Part shown: piece by piece, positions 39,700 through 53,996 of the stretch
How the letters are laid out: each line of letters starts with the position of its first letter
How positions within the stretch are numbered: the first letter of the stretch is position 1
DNA from: Octopus vulgaris
Taxonomy: Eukaryota
DNA: 64,000 nucleotides
Direction of reading: 5' to 3'
Assembly (NCBI GenBank): GCA_951406725.2
Contig: OX597814.1
Coordinates: 203,174,001-203,238,000 of the forward strand
Notes under the pieces: generated by a model
What the model saw: only the letters and a program-made list of their open reading frames with translations
What the model was told of the DNA's origin: nothing
Databases searched by the model: none
Program-made: the position numbers and the translations under genes

Positions 39700-39885
39700 A
39701 AAGCTAGAATACGTGCAAAGTATCCAGAATATAGCACATTAAAACAGAAAAGTGAACTTTAAGGGAATCATAAAGAGGAAAATGGAGTACATAGACACTT
39801 CATTGGTGAGTTTCAGGAAGTATGGAATGTTTGAAGACTGCAGTGTTCTGCCTACTAACAACTAATATGGGCTTGTTTATTCCAT
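39700..39885 (-). mobile_element. Possible 3' end of a CR1/L2-like LINE
   Basis: Minus strand TGG AAT AAA ... GCA GTC TTC AAA resembles the WN.LP..VV......FK end of LINE ORF2; frameshifted. Confidence 0.35.
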
Positions 39886-40594
39886 GTTTACATTGAAATT
39901 ACATCCTCTGCTCTATGTCTTCCAGCTGCTAACATAATTGTAGGCAGGCTCTGATGAAAGAATTTTTTTACTCCGATAGTTAAATTAGTGTCAAACATTA
40001 TCATCATCATCATCATCGTTGTTTAATGTCTGCTTTCCCTGCTGGCATGGGTTGGATCGTTTGACTGAGGTCTGGCAAGCCAGAAGGCCTCACCAGGCGC
40101 CAATTTGATCTGACATGGTTTCTACAGCTGGATGTCCTTCCTAACACAACCAATCCGAGATAGTAGTGGGTGCTTTTTACATACCACCAGCACAGGAGCC
40201 AGTCAGGTGGCACTGGTATCAACCACGCACAAATGGTGCTTTTTATGTGCCACCAGCATGGAAGCCAGTCAGGTGGAACTGGCAACGACCACGCTTGATT
40301 AATGAATAAATTTTCATTAATTTTATAGAAGAATTAAAAGCACATAAAAATATTTCCATATAAAAGTATCTATACTGGAACAGGCATGGCTGTGTGGTTA
40401 AGCAACTTGCTTCCCAACCAAACTACTTACCACACAGCCACTCCTACACCTACATTCAAATGCCTGAAACAAGTGAAAGAATTGTATGTAGAAGCCATTT
40501 TTTCCTAATATTACCCATGGCAACAAAATTATGCTTTGAAAATTCGCCATTCTATGATGGGCAAAACATAACAAATTATTTATATACTATATAT

Positions 40595-40833
<239 letters not shown>

Positions 40834-41164
40834 CATACATATACATAAATCCAAAATTAAAAACAAAAACAACAAAAGTCAATTGAACATGCACAGTGAA
40901 TATATTAGATTGACGATCAGTGAAAGTTTTAAATGGAAAAATAGGAGTGGCATGGTTGATGCCATCCCCCTGTGCCAGTGACACATAAAAAAAGCACCCA
41001 CTACACTCTTGGAGTGGTTGGCATTAGGAAGGGCATCCAGCTGTAGAAACTCTGCCACAACAGACTGGAGCCTGGTGCAGCCTCCAAGCTTCCCAGACCC
41101 CAGTTGAACCGTCCAACCCATGCCAGCATGGAGTATGGACATTAAACGATGATGATGATATATT

Positions 41165-41222
<58 letters not shown>

Positions 41223-41300
41223 GATGACTATGGTATCTAAGTTAAGGCACCAGAATTTAGTATGGTATTATCCATACAATTTCAAAAATAAGGTGATTAA

Positions 41301-41701
41301 AATCAAAATAAGCAACAAGGATATCCAGAGGTAATGCAGTACGATTATGTCATGCAACTCCATTTATTTGAACAAAGCAATCATTACATCAATTTAAAAT
41401 GCAGAGCAATCTTCAGCTGCACAAAGACATAGAATTTAATTAAAGTAGAACAGATGGACACATTAGTATAATTATACGTAAAATCTCCAAGAAAATTATA
41501 CTTAAAATCTCTTCTTGGAGATTTTAGGTATAATTATACTAATGTGTCCGTCTGTTCTAATTTAATTAAATTCTATGTCTTTGTGCAGCTGAAGATAGCT
41601 CTGCATTTTAAATTGATGTAATGATTGCTTTGTTCAATTAAATGGAGTTGCATGAAATCATCGTACTGCATTACCTCTGGATATCCTTGTTGCTTATTTT
41701 G

Positions 41702-41704
<3 letters not shown>
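41301..41704. repeat. Foldback palindrome, ~193-bp arms, 18-nt spacer (second copy at 42733-43136)
   Basis: Arms 41301-41493 and 41512-41704; located between (TA)n tracts. Confidence 0.92.
41584..41670 (+). ncRNA. Duplicate copy of the long-stem-II hammerhead
   Basis: Same as 43016-43102 except GAAAU instead of GAAAC (U-G wobble in stem III). Confidence 0.68.
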
Positions 41705-41736
<32 letters not shown>

Positions 41737-42165
41737 GACCGTTGCCAGCACGACCGTTGCCAGCACCGCCCCGTTTCGTGTCCGTTGCCAGCCTCACCTG
41801 GCCCTCGTGCCGGTGGCACATAAAAATCACCATCCGTTCGTGGCCGTTTGCCAGCTCTGTCTGGCACCAGTGCGGGTGGCACGTAAAAAGCACCCACTAC
41901 ACTCACGGAGTGGTTGGCATTAGGAAGGGCATCCAGCCATAGAAACACTGCCAGATTTGACTGGGCCTGATGAAGCCTTCTGGCTTCACAGACCCCAGTA
42001 GAACTGTCCAACCCATGCTAGCATGGAAAACGGACGCTAAACGATGATGATGATGATGACACACACACACACACCTACATGTATTATTGACAGTGACTTC
42101 AAAGAAAAATTTATTTTATTATAACTGATCATAAAAGCAAACATTGGTGTGTGTATCTGTTTATG

Positions 42166-42266
<101 letters not shown>

Positions 42267-42597
42267 CATACATATACATAAATCCAAAATTAAAAACAAA
42301 AACAACAAAAGTCAATTGAACATGCACAGTGAATATATTAGATTGACGATCAGTGAAAGTTTTAAATGGAAAAATAGGAGTGGCATGGTTGATGCCATCC
42401 CCCTGTGCCAGTGACACATAAAAAAAGCACCCACTACACTCTTGGAGTGGTTGGCATTAGGAAGGGCATCCAGCTGTAGAAACTCTGCCACAACAGACTG
42501 GAGCCTGGTGCAGCCTCCAAGCTTCCCAGACCCCAGTTGAACCGTCCAACCCATGCCAGCATGGAGTATGGACATTAAACGATGATGATGATATATT

Positions 42598-42655
<58 letters not shown>

Positions 42656-43015
42656 GATGACTATGGTATCTAAGTTAAGGCACCAGAATTTAGTATGGTA
42701 TTATCCATACAATTTCAAAGTAAGGTGATTAAAATCAAAATAAGCAACAAGGATATCCAGAGGTAATGCAGTACGATTATGTCATGCAACTCTATTTATT
42801 TGAACAAAGCAATCATTACATCAATTTAAAATGCAGAGCAATCTTCAGCTGCACAAAGACATAGAATTTAATTAAAGTAGAACAGATGGACACATTAGTA
42901 TAATTATACGTAAAATCTCCAAGAAAATTATACTTAAAATCTCTTCTTGGAGATTTTAGGTATAATTATACTAATGTGTCCGTCTGTTCTAATTTAATTA
43001 AATTCTATGTCTTTG

Positions 43016-43102
43016 TGCAGCTGAAGATAGCTCTGCATTTTAAATTGATGTAATGATTGCTTTGTTCAATTAAATGGAGTTGCATGAAACCATCGTACTG
43101 CA
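43016..43102 (+). ncRNA. Type I hammerhead with long (~58 nt) stem II, in right arm of a foldback element
   Basis: UGCAG-CUGAAGA-[hairpin 43028-43085]-GAAA-C CAUC GUA-CUGCA. Confidence 0.72.
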
Positions 43103-43133
43103 TTACCTCTGGATATCCTTGTTGCTTATTTTG

Positions 43134-43170
<37 letters not shown>

Positions 43171-45473
43171 GACCGTTGCCAGCACGACCGTTGCCAGCAC
43201 CGCCCCGTTTCGTGTCCGTTGCCAGCCTCACCTGGCCCTCGTGCCGGTGGCACATAAAAAGCACCATCCGTTCGTGGCCGTTTGCCAGCTCTGTCTGGCA
43301 CCAGTGCGGGTGGCACGTAAAAAGCACCCACTACACTCACGGAGTGGTTGGCGTTAGGAAGGGCATCCAGCCATAGAAACACTACCAGATTTGACTGGGC
43401 CTGATGAAGCCTTCTGGCTTCACAGACCCCAGTAGAACTGTCCAACCCATGCTAGCATGGAAAACGGACGCTAAACGATGATGATGATGATGACACACAC
43501 ACACACACCTACATGTATTATTGACAGTGACTTCAAAGAAAAATTTATTTTATTATAACTGATCATAAAAGCAAACATTGGTGTGTGTATCTGTTTATGT
43601 ACTTGCACAACAGAATTCTGTACAATTTTCACATACTGAATTCTATGAAAGAAGATACCTGACCAAGATGTCACACAATGGAATTGTAATCAGAACTAAG
43701 TGGTTAAAAAGCAAACTTCTTAAATACCACAGCCCACAATTTTTTTTTTCTTTAAAAAAATAACTGTTCTACCATTTAGTAAAATGGTAGAACAGTAGAA
43801 ACACAAATATCTTTCAGTAGTTAGTTCCATTCCTCAAGATCCGTCTTACTTTTCGTCTCTCTCTCTGGAGAGTTTTATAAAATATGTGCTATTCATGTGC
43901 TAAAGTCAATACAATTCACTTGATTCCTGCTGTACAAATGCCTGGCTGTTTGCCAATGTAACCAATCAATATGTTCTGTTTAATAAAGCAAATTTATTGT
44001 TTCCTACTGGAGAACATAGTTAGTGAAGCAATATGAGACTAGTAAAGACATTCTGGAACAAACACTGTAAATGAAGAAAAGTCAACTTGATTCCATCAAA
44101 AATATTTACTAAACAGAATGGTAAAAGATTATTTTTTATTGAAGTTACTTTTACCTATTTCCAAGATACCTCATACACAGATACATGCTTATGTAAACAA
44201 AGCATCCATTCACACACACACACATACATCCTCATTTAACATTCGTTTTTCGATACTGGCATAGATTGGATCTGACACACCTCAAGACTGCATGAAACTT
44301 CAGCGTCTGCTTTGGCATGGTTTCTATGACTAGATGCTCTTCCTAACACAAACCACTTTGCAGTAAGCACTGAGTGCTTTTTTCATGTCACCAGTACTAA
44401 GAGGAGGTGATAGCTTCATGCCAAGTGTTAAGCACAGGTGTCTTGCTATAGAGGAGATACATAGCTATCCCACACATATAAACCCACAACAGTTACATAC
44501 ATAAATCAAAAAATATATTTACATACATATATACTCTTTTCTCCTCTAGACACAAGGCCCAAAATTTTTGGGGAGGTGGGGCAGTCAATTAGATTGATTC
44601 CAGTACACAACTGGTACTTAATTTATCAACCCTGAAAGGATTAAAGTCAACCTCGGCAGAATTTGAACTCAGATCATAAAGACAGACGAAATACCTATTT
44701 CTTTACTACCCACAAGGGGCTAAACACAGAGAGGACAAACAAGGACAGACAAAGGGATTAAGTCGATTATATCGACCTCAGTGTGTAACTGGTACTTACT
44801 TAATCAACCCCGAAAGGATGAAAGGCAAAGTCGACCTCAGCTGAATTTGAACTCAGAATGTAGCAGCAGATGAAATACCACTAAGCGTTTTGCCCGGCGT
44901 GCTAACGTTTCTGCCAGCTCACTGCCTTCCAATTTATATACATATATAAACACACAGATGACAGGTTTCTTCCAGTTTCTGTCAACCAAATCCACTCATA
45001 AGGCTTGGTTGACCCAGCATTGAACCCAAGAGCTTTTGGTTAGGAAGCAAGCTTCTTAACTAATCAGCCACAACTGCAATTAATATCCAATTCACATGAT
45101 CAACCAGACTTTTAGATGTTGTTATACACAATATGCTGACAATGTGCCTTGCATTGTTTTAGGTTTTGAATGATGCCACCCTGCTAGGTAGGTGGGCAGG
45201 CAAACATTCCCCTGATCAGAAGCCTAATCTGTCACAGGGTTACCATTTACAGCCGAGTGAACTGGAGCAACATGAAATGAAGTGCTTTGCTCAAGAGCAC
45301 AACACACATCCAGCCTGGAAATCAAAACCGCAATTCCATAATCACAAGTGCAATACCCTAACCACTTAGCCACTTCCAAATAAACTTACACATATATGTA
45401 CACATATAAACATTTACATGTACACACCCATATAAACCCACACATATTCATCCACCCATATACTATTCACATT

Positions 45474-46197
45474 TGTAACGGCAGAAATAAGTTTTGGTGT
45501 AGTTACCAGTTGTAATGGTAGAAATTGAATAGGTAAACATTATTATTGATGATGTTGGTGGTGGCAGTGGTAACAATAAAGATTTGTTGTTAAATTGCAT
45601 ACTGTAGGATGTGAAGGATGAACAATATATGAAGTTTTAAGGAAATCTTTACTTACCATTACGTTACAATACCTTGCCTCGACGGGCAGGCTTTGATACA
45701 TCCAAAAGCATGTGAAGTAAAGTTTGGGTTCTCTTCATTGTTTATAGTAGTAATTCACAGATAGCGATAGAATGGTGTTGTAAGAGACCAGGATTAGAGC
45801 TAGAGAGAATTATAGGGTGTTGTCTCGCAGTTGCTTTCTCCCTCTGACCAAGGTTGGTCAGCCAGACCTCGTTGAGTTGTTACCGGTTGGTGACTAACTG
45901 ATTTTTGCTTGGGATGTGCTTGCTTATATTAAGATCCAGAAGGATAGATATATCATTAAGAACAATAGATTTAGTTGTTGGTCTTGTTATCTATTCTAGC
46001 TTTTGGTGAAGTAGAAGAGGTTAGAAAGGGTCAAGTGGTGAAGACATTATTTCAGCCTAGCTAAAGGCATCTGGAAAATGTAAAACTGGTGTCAGAGAAA
46101 AACCATTGTTCCACCGATGGAAAAGTTCTGTAGCAGTGTTGATTTAAATTTGGCTATGTTGGATCGAATCCACTTCAAGCATGCAGGATTCGCTACA
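45474..46197. mobile_element. Solo LTR (724 bp)
   Basis: Starts TGTAACG, ends CGCTACA (imperfect terminal inverted repeat, TG...CA); 4-bp TSD CATT on both sides. Confidence 0.7.
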
Positions 46198-46280
46198 CAT
46201 TCATTAATTAAAATCCTGTTAATATTGATCTCCCTTAATATGGTTTTATTCTATAATTAATATTCAATGTTATTTTTCAG

Positions 46281-46421
46281 GTCCAAGATGGTGGTGACCC
46301 TCAGCTTAATGGGACATGTTCAGCCATTGTATCAGTGGAAGATGTCAACGATAATGACCCAGTCTTTGAACAGCCCCAATATAATGCTGCAGTCCGGGAA
46401 GAAGCACCACCGTATCAATCG
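46281..46421 (+). CDS. Cadherin exon 9 (VQDGGDP...DVNDNDP...PYQS)
   Basis: ttttcAG / GTAAGT; 141 nt. Confidence 0.94.
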
Positions 46422-48199
46422 GTAAGTTCTCTCTCAGAAATATCTAAGAGATGTTAGGTTTAACCATTTACTGGCACGCCATCAGTTACAACATTGAGGG
46501 TTCCAGTTGATGTGATCAACAGAACGACCTGCTCATGGAATTAAGGTGCAAGTGGCATTAATGTAGTTTTGGGAGTGATTCAGTGCGACACAGAGTGTGA
46601 CGAGTGACCCTTTTGAAATACAGGTACTACTCGTGTTTGTTAGCTGAGTGGACTGCTGTAATGTGAAATAAAATATCTTGCTCGAGGACAGAACATGCCA
46701 CCAGGAATCGAACTCATGACCTTATGATCATGAGCCAAATACCCTAACCACTAAGCCACTGAGTGGTCATCCAGTTTATATTGCTACAACATCTGAACGG
46801 AAATTATGTGCAGCTGCAATCAGAAATGTCTACATTACAATTACAATTTGGTTTGGAAATATCTTATCTTATTTTTTTAGGAAAGTTTGTTGTTATTATT
46901 CTAGATACAGTTTATATTCATGTCACAGATATTATCATCATGTAATGTCCATTTTCCATTCTGGCATCAGTTGGATGGTTTGACAGAGGCTGGTGAGCCA
47001 GAGGACTGTGCCATACTTCAATGTCTGCTTTAGCTTCGTTTTTGTGTCTGGATCTCCAGTTGAATGCCAACCACTTTACAGAGTGTACTGGGTGTTTTTT
47101 TATGTGGCTCTGGCACTAGAGAGGTTACTAAGTAACTTACTAGGGAAGACACCCCAAATGTAGTGTTGAAGGGAGGTGGCTTTGTGCCAGATGATGAGAA
47201 GTTAGTTTGATAAGGACAGGAACAGGTGTCATGTTGTGGGGGAAATACATGGTTACCCCAGTCAGAAGATGGTGATGAAGTCAGGGTGTACCCACGAGTT
47301 ACAGGAAGGTAAACTGAATATAAATGGTATGGGTGGGCAAGTTAGTTTGTAAGGGGTAAGTGGAAGCAAGGATCATTTGTGAATATCAGTTGGAGGATGT
47401 GAAATGAGTGAGGGTAGTGTGTGAGAGTGATGCACAGAGCTAGGGGCAAAGTCAGAAGTAATGGGAAGGGAAGAGGGCCACTGGCAAAATGTGGGTTTGT
47501 ACAGAAAAAGGAGAGGTGAAAATGGTGTTCAGTATAATAAGGAGGTAAGGGAAGATATAAGGGCACATGTAGCTGGAAGTGGTCTCAATCACAGGAACTG
47601 AATGGACAGTCCTGTAATTAGAAGTGGGGATGAACAGGTGGGTGTTAGGAAAATGTGTGAGGGATGGGTGATGGGAAGATTGGTTGCAGTGTAAGGAAAG
47701 AAGGAAGGTTTGTCTTGGTTATAGTGGGTGCAGGGGCGTCCCCAGTTTTAACATTTGATTCATCGTGCCTGCATGAACTGGTGCTCTTCTCCTGCACTGC
47801 ATATCGCCATTCAACACAGTCCTTTGCCGTCTCTGTGAGACAACTATTTCCGATTGGTTTTCCTCCTTCGGGCCATACTTTTCTCAGTCTCTATATTCCA
47901 CAGATTCTGTTCACTTTGAGCGCGTGGTTCTTATTTTCCGTACCCCCATCACATACCTGTTCCAAGCCAGTTTTCTCTCATTGCCCCTCTTTCCTTCAGA
48001 TACAAACACGTTCGCAGATTTCTCCCCTCTCACTGTTTTCCGTTTATTCCTAGTTTCAAGGGAACTAACTCTTTATTGAATCCGACAAGAGGAAAAGCCG
48101 CTACGATTATGTCCCTTGTATCTGTAACACGTAATTATGAGAACTACTGCTAACGTTCTTGAATATCTTTTTTTTATGTATGGGAAAGAAAACGGACAA

Positions 48200-48400
48200 C
48201 GATTTTAATCCGATGATTTTGACCATCATTTAGTAAAGTACTCAATGCATTTTAGATGGGTGAAATCACGTGGTTCCAGGTTTTGCAACACTGTGCAAGA
48301 GTCTTCTTCCATGTGAACACTCTTCACGTCAGAAAATCTTTGCCAGTAAACTTTGTTAAACGAAATTATCAAGTGCGAACAGTATCGATGTATCAAACAA
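48200..48400 (-). pseudogene. Decayed mariner-type transposase C-terminal fragment
   Basis: Frameshifted minus-strand peptides (GKDF..VKSV; CIEYFTK*WSK) resemble the mariner C-terminal pattern GK.F...GI..L..RW.K; judged by eye only. Confidence 0.4.
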
Positions 48401-48885
48401 AAATTACATGTAATTGAATTCATATCGATTACATTCCTTTACACATAACGATGTTGATATTACCTACGTTTATACTTATATACCATATCTGCTGACCTCT
48501 GCAGTTTCAGCATCGTATTTTCAGGAATTACAGTTTTTTATGCATTATAGCTTATGGGACGTCCAACTTTGTATAAAGGACACTGGTTCATTTTATTTTT
48601 AAACAATTTTTTGGAAAAATATGCGTCCTCTATTCCATCAAAAGCAGTATATATTTATATTCTCTACCTAAATAAAAAATGTCTTTTCAAGTGATGCCAA
48701 ACGGCTTGCCTTTTCATTTTTACTTTAATCTCTACCTGCTCCTGGAAAAATCATCTCTAGCCACTTCTGATAGGCAGTCTCAACATCACACATTCAGGTG
48801 CAGTTCAAACCAGAGTTTTACTGGTAAACAGAGCACTCATACTACACACCTATTACTTTAAGTCAGTTCACAAAAACACTTTGCA

Positions 48886-49232
48886 TCTCTATATATATAA
48901 ACGGCAAAAATATCTCTGTGTGTGCGTGTCCTTTATACAAATCCACAATTCTTCAGTTCACACTTTCTATGGTCGTTCAAAGCCGTCCAAGGGTGGTCGT
49001 GCACATCTTTACATTTCCCCAGTCACCCTGCATAGCCATTAAAAAATCAATAGAAGTGACTTTTTGGTGAATTTTTATCTAAAACCCAATCAAAATGCCT
49101 GAAACTTGATATGCCAATTGAATGCCAGCTAGCTGTATGTGATTGGTCAGAGATTTGGACAGCACTCGCGTGTATGTGCACACGCACGCAGCTGTATATG
49201 CATGCACTAGCACTATGACCTGGTGTTGCTAG
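48886..49232 (+). mobile_element. Non-autonomous Helitron
   Basis: A|TCTCTATATATATAAA start; subterminal hairpin (CACTAG/CTGGTG) and CTAG|T end; no TSD. Confidence 0.75.
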
Positions 49233-49431
49233 TATTCTATATAATGATGTCTATATTCTTCATACTTATGGTCATACTTTACAATGTTTTTCTTTTTTCT
49301 TTTTGACGTTTGTTGCAAGAATTAAACATTGGTATTTAGAATATATCTCTTTTATATCTTTCAAACAATTGCATAAACCCTCTTTATATTGTTATTGTTA
49401 ATCCTCACCTTGATTTCCTGTTCTTTTGTAG

Positions 49432-49519
49432 GTCCTGCGTGTACGGTGCTTGGATAAAGATGAACGAAGTAACATTCGCTACCAACTCTTAACCATCGAC
49501 TCTCTTTTTGCCTTGAATG
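49432..49519 (+). CDS. Cadherin exon 10 (VLRVRCLDKDERS...FALN)
   Basis: tttgtAG / GTAAAA; 88 nt, phase 0/1; DKD motif. Confidence 0.88.
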
Positions 49520-49984
49520 GTAAAACTCTTTATCACGCTATTTTACTGATAATAATACTAGTTATATAACTTATAATTGATCCGCAAGGATCTACAACTA
49601 GTTTTGTCTTAATTACATGTAATATAAAACCAGCTGAGGAATGGGATCAGGAAGAGCATGCAACCATAGCAAGTTCTGCTTTAATGCTGTCAAGTCTGAG
49701 CCATACAAGCATGGATAAGTAAAATTTACAACAGTGATTTTACATATATATATATATATATATGTAAACTTTGTTGCAAAGAGCAACAAAAAAATTTTGA
49801 CTAACAAATGACTGACTGATTATTTAACCAGTACAATAAGCAAAGGATCAATTAGTTAGCTGGTTAGATATTTAACTAATTGACTGACAATAAAGAAGTA
49901 ATATTGAATCAGTGTGTGTGTTATTATTGGTATTATGACCCTCCCAAGACACAAGTTGTGTGTGAATTTATACATACATACATA

Positions 49985-50426
49985 GGTGCTACTTTGGCAT
50001 GTGATCTACAAGGTTACTTTTTAGTTTACTTTTCAATTTCTAAAAACCCGTAAGATGTTGGCTAAAGATTTTTACAATGTGATCAGTGACGAGATGAAGG
50101 CAGTTGCACTTTTACAAGAAACTACTACTAAATTCATGTCATTTCTTAAGAAAAAGAAAGGTACTATTTTGGCATGTGATCTACAATTTCAAGAGAGATT
50201 ACTTTTTAGTTTACTTTGTATTAGTGCTACTTTACGTGAGATCTACGTGAGCAAATTTACTTTGGTGGGTGATCTACATGCTTATTTTAGTTATTATATG
50301 GTTTTCTTATTATTAAAATAGCAAGAATTTTGAAAAAAATACATTTACAATGCTAAGTATGTACAAAATAATTTTAAAACAAATCTAAAGTAATCTCCCT
50401 TGTAGACCACATGCCAAAGTAGCACC
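49985..50426. mobile_element. MITE with ~29-bp TIRs and internal TIR-like direct repeats, nested in a SINE
   Basis: GGTGCTACTTTGGCATGTGATCTACAAGG at left, reverse complement at 50398-50426; similar motifs at ~50160, ~50224, ~50258. Confidence 0.7.
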
Positions 50427-50814
50427 CATGCATACATACATGTGCATCTGACTTCTCACAGTTACCTTCTGTCAAATCCACTCACAAGGTTCTGGTCAGC
50501 CTGGAACTACAGTAGAAGATGCTTGCCCAAAGTGCTGCACTGAATCAAATATAATTTGAATCCAAATCAATGTGGTTAAAAAGCAAACCCCTTAACCACA
50601 GAGCCACATCTGTGCCTCTATATGTGAGTGTCTGCATAACAAAAAAGAAGTGTTCAGACTTAAAAAAAAAAGAATGTAACAGCAGTCCCTTATATTCAAC
50701 TTATTAAGAGGGTCGATACTTCTTGAATAAGAGAATGGAATAGGTTTTTATAGTTTGTTAAGATCAGTCCATTTAACAAACAGTTACATCTCATGTTCTT
50801 TTTAATACTTCCAG

Positions 50815-50941
50815 CTGAAACTGGTGTTCTTGAAACAATAGTCCGTCTTGATCACGAAACACATCCTGGCAGTTACCAACTATATGCCGAATGTACAGAC
50901 GGTGGGGATTTCCCCCGCTATTCCTCTCCTGTTATTTTGAA
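50815..50941 (+). CDS. Cadherin exon 11 (ETGVLETIVRLDHE...CTDGG...VIL)
   Basis: ttccAG / GTAAGT; 127 nt, phase 1/2. Confidence 0.91.
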
Positions 50942-52770
50942 GTAAGTCAATTTTGATATTCTCACTGTTACATCCAGCATTTTATTCGTGTACGACTGAG
51001 CTGCTGAAATAGAGAAATATAAATTAGAAATATAATTTGTGTAATTACTTTGCTGGTAATTGTCATCAACCCTAATTAGGGAATACTGTTAATGATATAT
51101 ACATTTTTGTTTCAGTCATTGGACTGTGGTCTTTTAAGGTTGGTTGAGCAAATTGACCCGTGTCCATATTTTAAATCTGGCACTTACTCTTTTGGTTTCT
51201 TTTGCTGATCCTCTAAGTTATGGGGGATGTAAACAAACCCATGTTGGTTGTCAAGTGGTTGGAGAAGAAATACAAAGACACATATAAATACACTCGTATC
51301 GTGTGTGTGACTATGTATATATTTGTATGGGTGTGTGTATATATTTTTAAATGCGTGTGTATGTGTGATGAGCTTGTCACAGTTTCCATCTATGAAATTC
51401 ACTCAGAAGGCATTGGCCACCCCTGGGATATAATAGAAGAGTCCCACTGCTTAAAGTACTGTGCAGTGGGACTGAACTCAAAACTATATGTTTGTGAAGC
51501 AAATTTCTTCAACTAGAGCCATGCCTGCACCATTATTATGTTGTGGGGGGGACTGTTTCTACCTATATAATGTATATGTGAAGGGCATATGAGTTGAAGG
51601 ATTTGTTAAAATCATTTGCATTAATATTTCTTAAATTGTTCATAGTCATTATCGTTTAACGTCTGCTTTCCATGCTAGCATGGGTTAGACGATTTTGACT
51701 GAGGGCTGGCGAACCAGATGGCTGCACCAGGCTCCAATCTTGATCTGGCAGAGTTTCTACAGCTGGATGCCCTTCCTAACGCCAACCACTCCGTGAGTGT
51801 AGTGGGTGCTTTTTACGTGCCACCAGCACGGGAGCCAGTCAGTCAGGCGGTACTGGCAATGACCTCGCTCAAATCTTTTTACACATGCCACCGGCACAGG
51901 TGCCAGTAAGGTGACGTTGGCACAGGTGCAATTGAAATCCTGCTTGTAACGGTTGTCAATAAGTCTGGGGAAAATAACTTACATTCTCAACAACACAGTG
52001 TATGCTGAAGAGCCAAGGAAAACTGGATAAATCACAGCATTAGGTTTGTTTCAGAAAATCATATAATAGTTACATAATAATACACCAGCCTTGGATAAGC
52101 AGATTTATGATCAAGAATTTTCCAAGTAGCAATCATCACGTTTATTATCAACATCTTCATCATTATCAAATGCTATATTTTCCCGTAAGATAGTCATTTG
52201 AATGCAGATTGACTGCTATTTCTAGCGGCCACGTAGAGGTTCTCTCGACAAACTCCTTCGATATATTTTTACCTTTATTTTCTCACATATAACTATTACT
52301 ACTACTATTTTTTCCGCTACCAGCCGGTGTTCGCCAAGGTAAATAACTCTGCATTTGTATGTAATTATTGCCCTTTAGCAGAAGTTTCTGTGGAAAGGTC
52401 TCCTTTGGATATTTAAATTATATTTGCCGATATTTAGATATCATTTGTCAGCTAATGAGAAGCTGACAGTAGTTTAAGTGATGCTAAGATGCCTTAGGTT
52501 TCATTGATGATTTTAGAAATCTGGTTTATCCAGAAAACTTCTTAAGGATTGTGTAGGGAGTCTGTGAATTCCTGGATTTTTCCTCACAAGATGTGTAGCA
52601 GTACACTTGTCTTTTAGTAATCCATTTCTGCATTCCGTCCAGATCAGATTAGTATTTAGGATTCTTTTCTTTTTTTTTTTATCTCAATGTGCAGCTTGTT
52701 CTAAATCATAATAATTAAATTACTATTTCAGTGGTAAATTTTCTAATTTTATTTGTTTGTTTTCCTCTAG

Positions 52771-52931
52771 TGTTACAGTAGAAGACATGAACGATAACCG
52801 GCCAACGTTTATTAATGAAACTTACCACGCCCAGTTGTATACCAATGCTACAATTGGAAGACACATTGCTTCTCTATCAGCAACTGACAAAGATAAAGGA
52901 CAGAATGGAGAAATATCTTATTATATAATAG
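52771..52931 (+). CDS. Cadherin exon 12 (VTVEDMNDNRP...DKDKGQNG...YYII)
   Basis: ctctAG / GTAATT; 161 nt, phase 2/1. Confidence 0.93.
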
Positions 52932-53537
52932 GTAATTAAAATATTTCACTTTCCATGGAGAAATTTGGAAATTCTCTTTGATATTTGTGTTTTGAAAGTG
53001 AATCACTTGTTCGCATTGTTATTAACACCAGGTCAACCCAGATCAAGTAGACTTATGATCAGAGACATTCCAGTCATGACTATCCCATATTATATTCAAA
53101 CTTAGTGTGTTTGAAACCACATTATCCAATTTCATCTTTCTTCAGACTGGTTGGATGTGATATGAGGGAAATTTGGCTTTTATTTCTAACAGACTGACTG
53201 AACCAATAGAGAAAGTATCATATTTTCACTATTTATGTCATTGTGATCAAACATAGATACCCTCATCCTTCACCCAGCAAAACATCCAAGATGGATAGAA
53301 AGAGGCTAGCACCAGTATACAGCTGGTACTCATTTACTTTCTGGCCTTGCTTGTCTGTTCCATCCTCATTGTTGAGGGTTGGGTACCACAAGCACATGCA
53401 GCCTCACTTCAATTCCTGCATCTGGCCATGGTCTTGCATTCAGCCAGAGGTTTTCCAGTCCATTCTTTGATGTTATCCGATCAACATCTTTTTTGGTCTC
53501 TCCCTTCCTTGTTTCCCATCGACACCTCCCTCTACAA

Positions 53538-53785
53538 CAATGGTTCTCAACCCCTTTGATTCCCATTTTGCTCAGGTGGATGCCCATAGCCGTTTGAGGC
53601 TTTAAAAATATCCTATTATATTTTTGTAATTAAATATTATTGGGAACTATATAGCAAAATTGTTAAAATATTTTGTATATTGTAGAAGTATAACCAGTTT
53701 ATTGATCATAAGCCCTAACAACAAAATCTTATATTCCCCTGTCACCCTGCCCCCGGATCATATGAACCCCAGTTCAGAACAACTG
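53538..53785. mobile_element. hAT (Charlie-like) MITE
   Basis: CAATGGTTCTCAAC...GTTCAGAACAACTG termini; degenerate 8-bp flanks CTCTACAA/TTCTAGGA. Confidence 0.55.
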
Positions 53786-53996
53786 TTCTAGGATGTGGGT
53801 GCTGAGGTTCAACGTTGTAGTACTCAGTTATGGCCCCTTGCATCCTGACCCAAACTCCACAAACATAATCTATGCTTGCATCCTTCCATTGTCAGTAAAA
53901 TAAAATGAAGTTGCAGTGAAATATCGGAATTGATTTCATTGATAATACCACACCCCCTCCTAAAACATGTGGGTTTCTTTCAACATTAGGAAAACA

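Noticed and set aside
39945-39990. CTGATGA hammerhead-like heptamer (also 8098, 18154, 60794; CTAATGAG at 52453)
   Set aside because: No stem II followed by GAAA and a closing stem I; two occurrences lie in coding exons.
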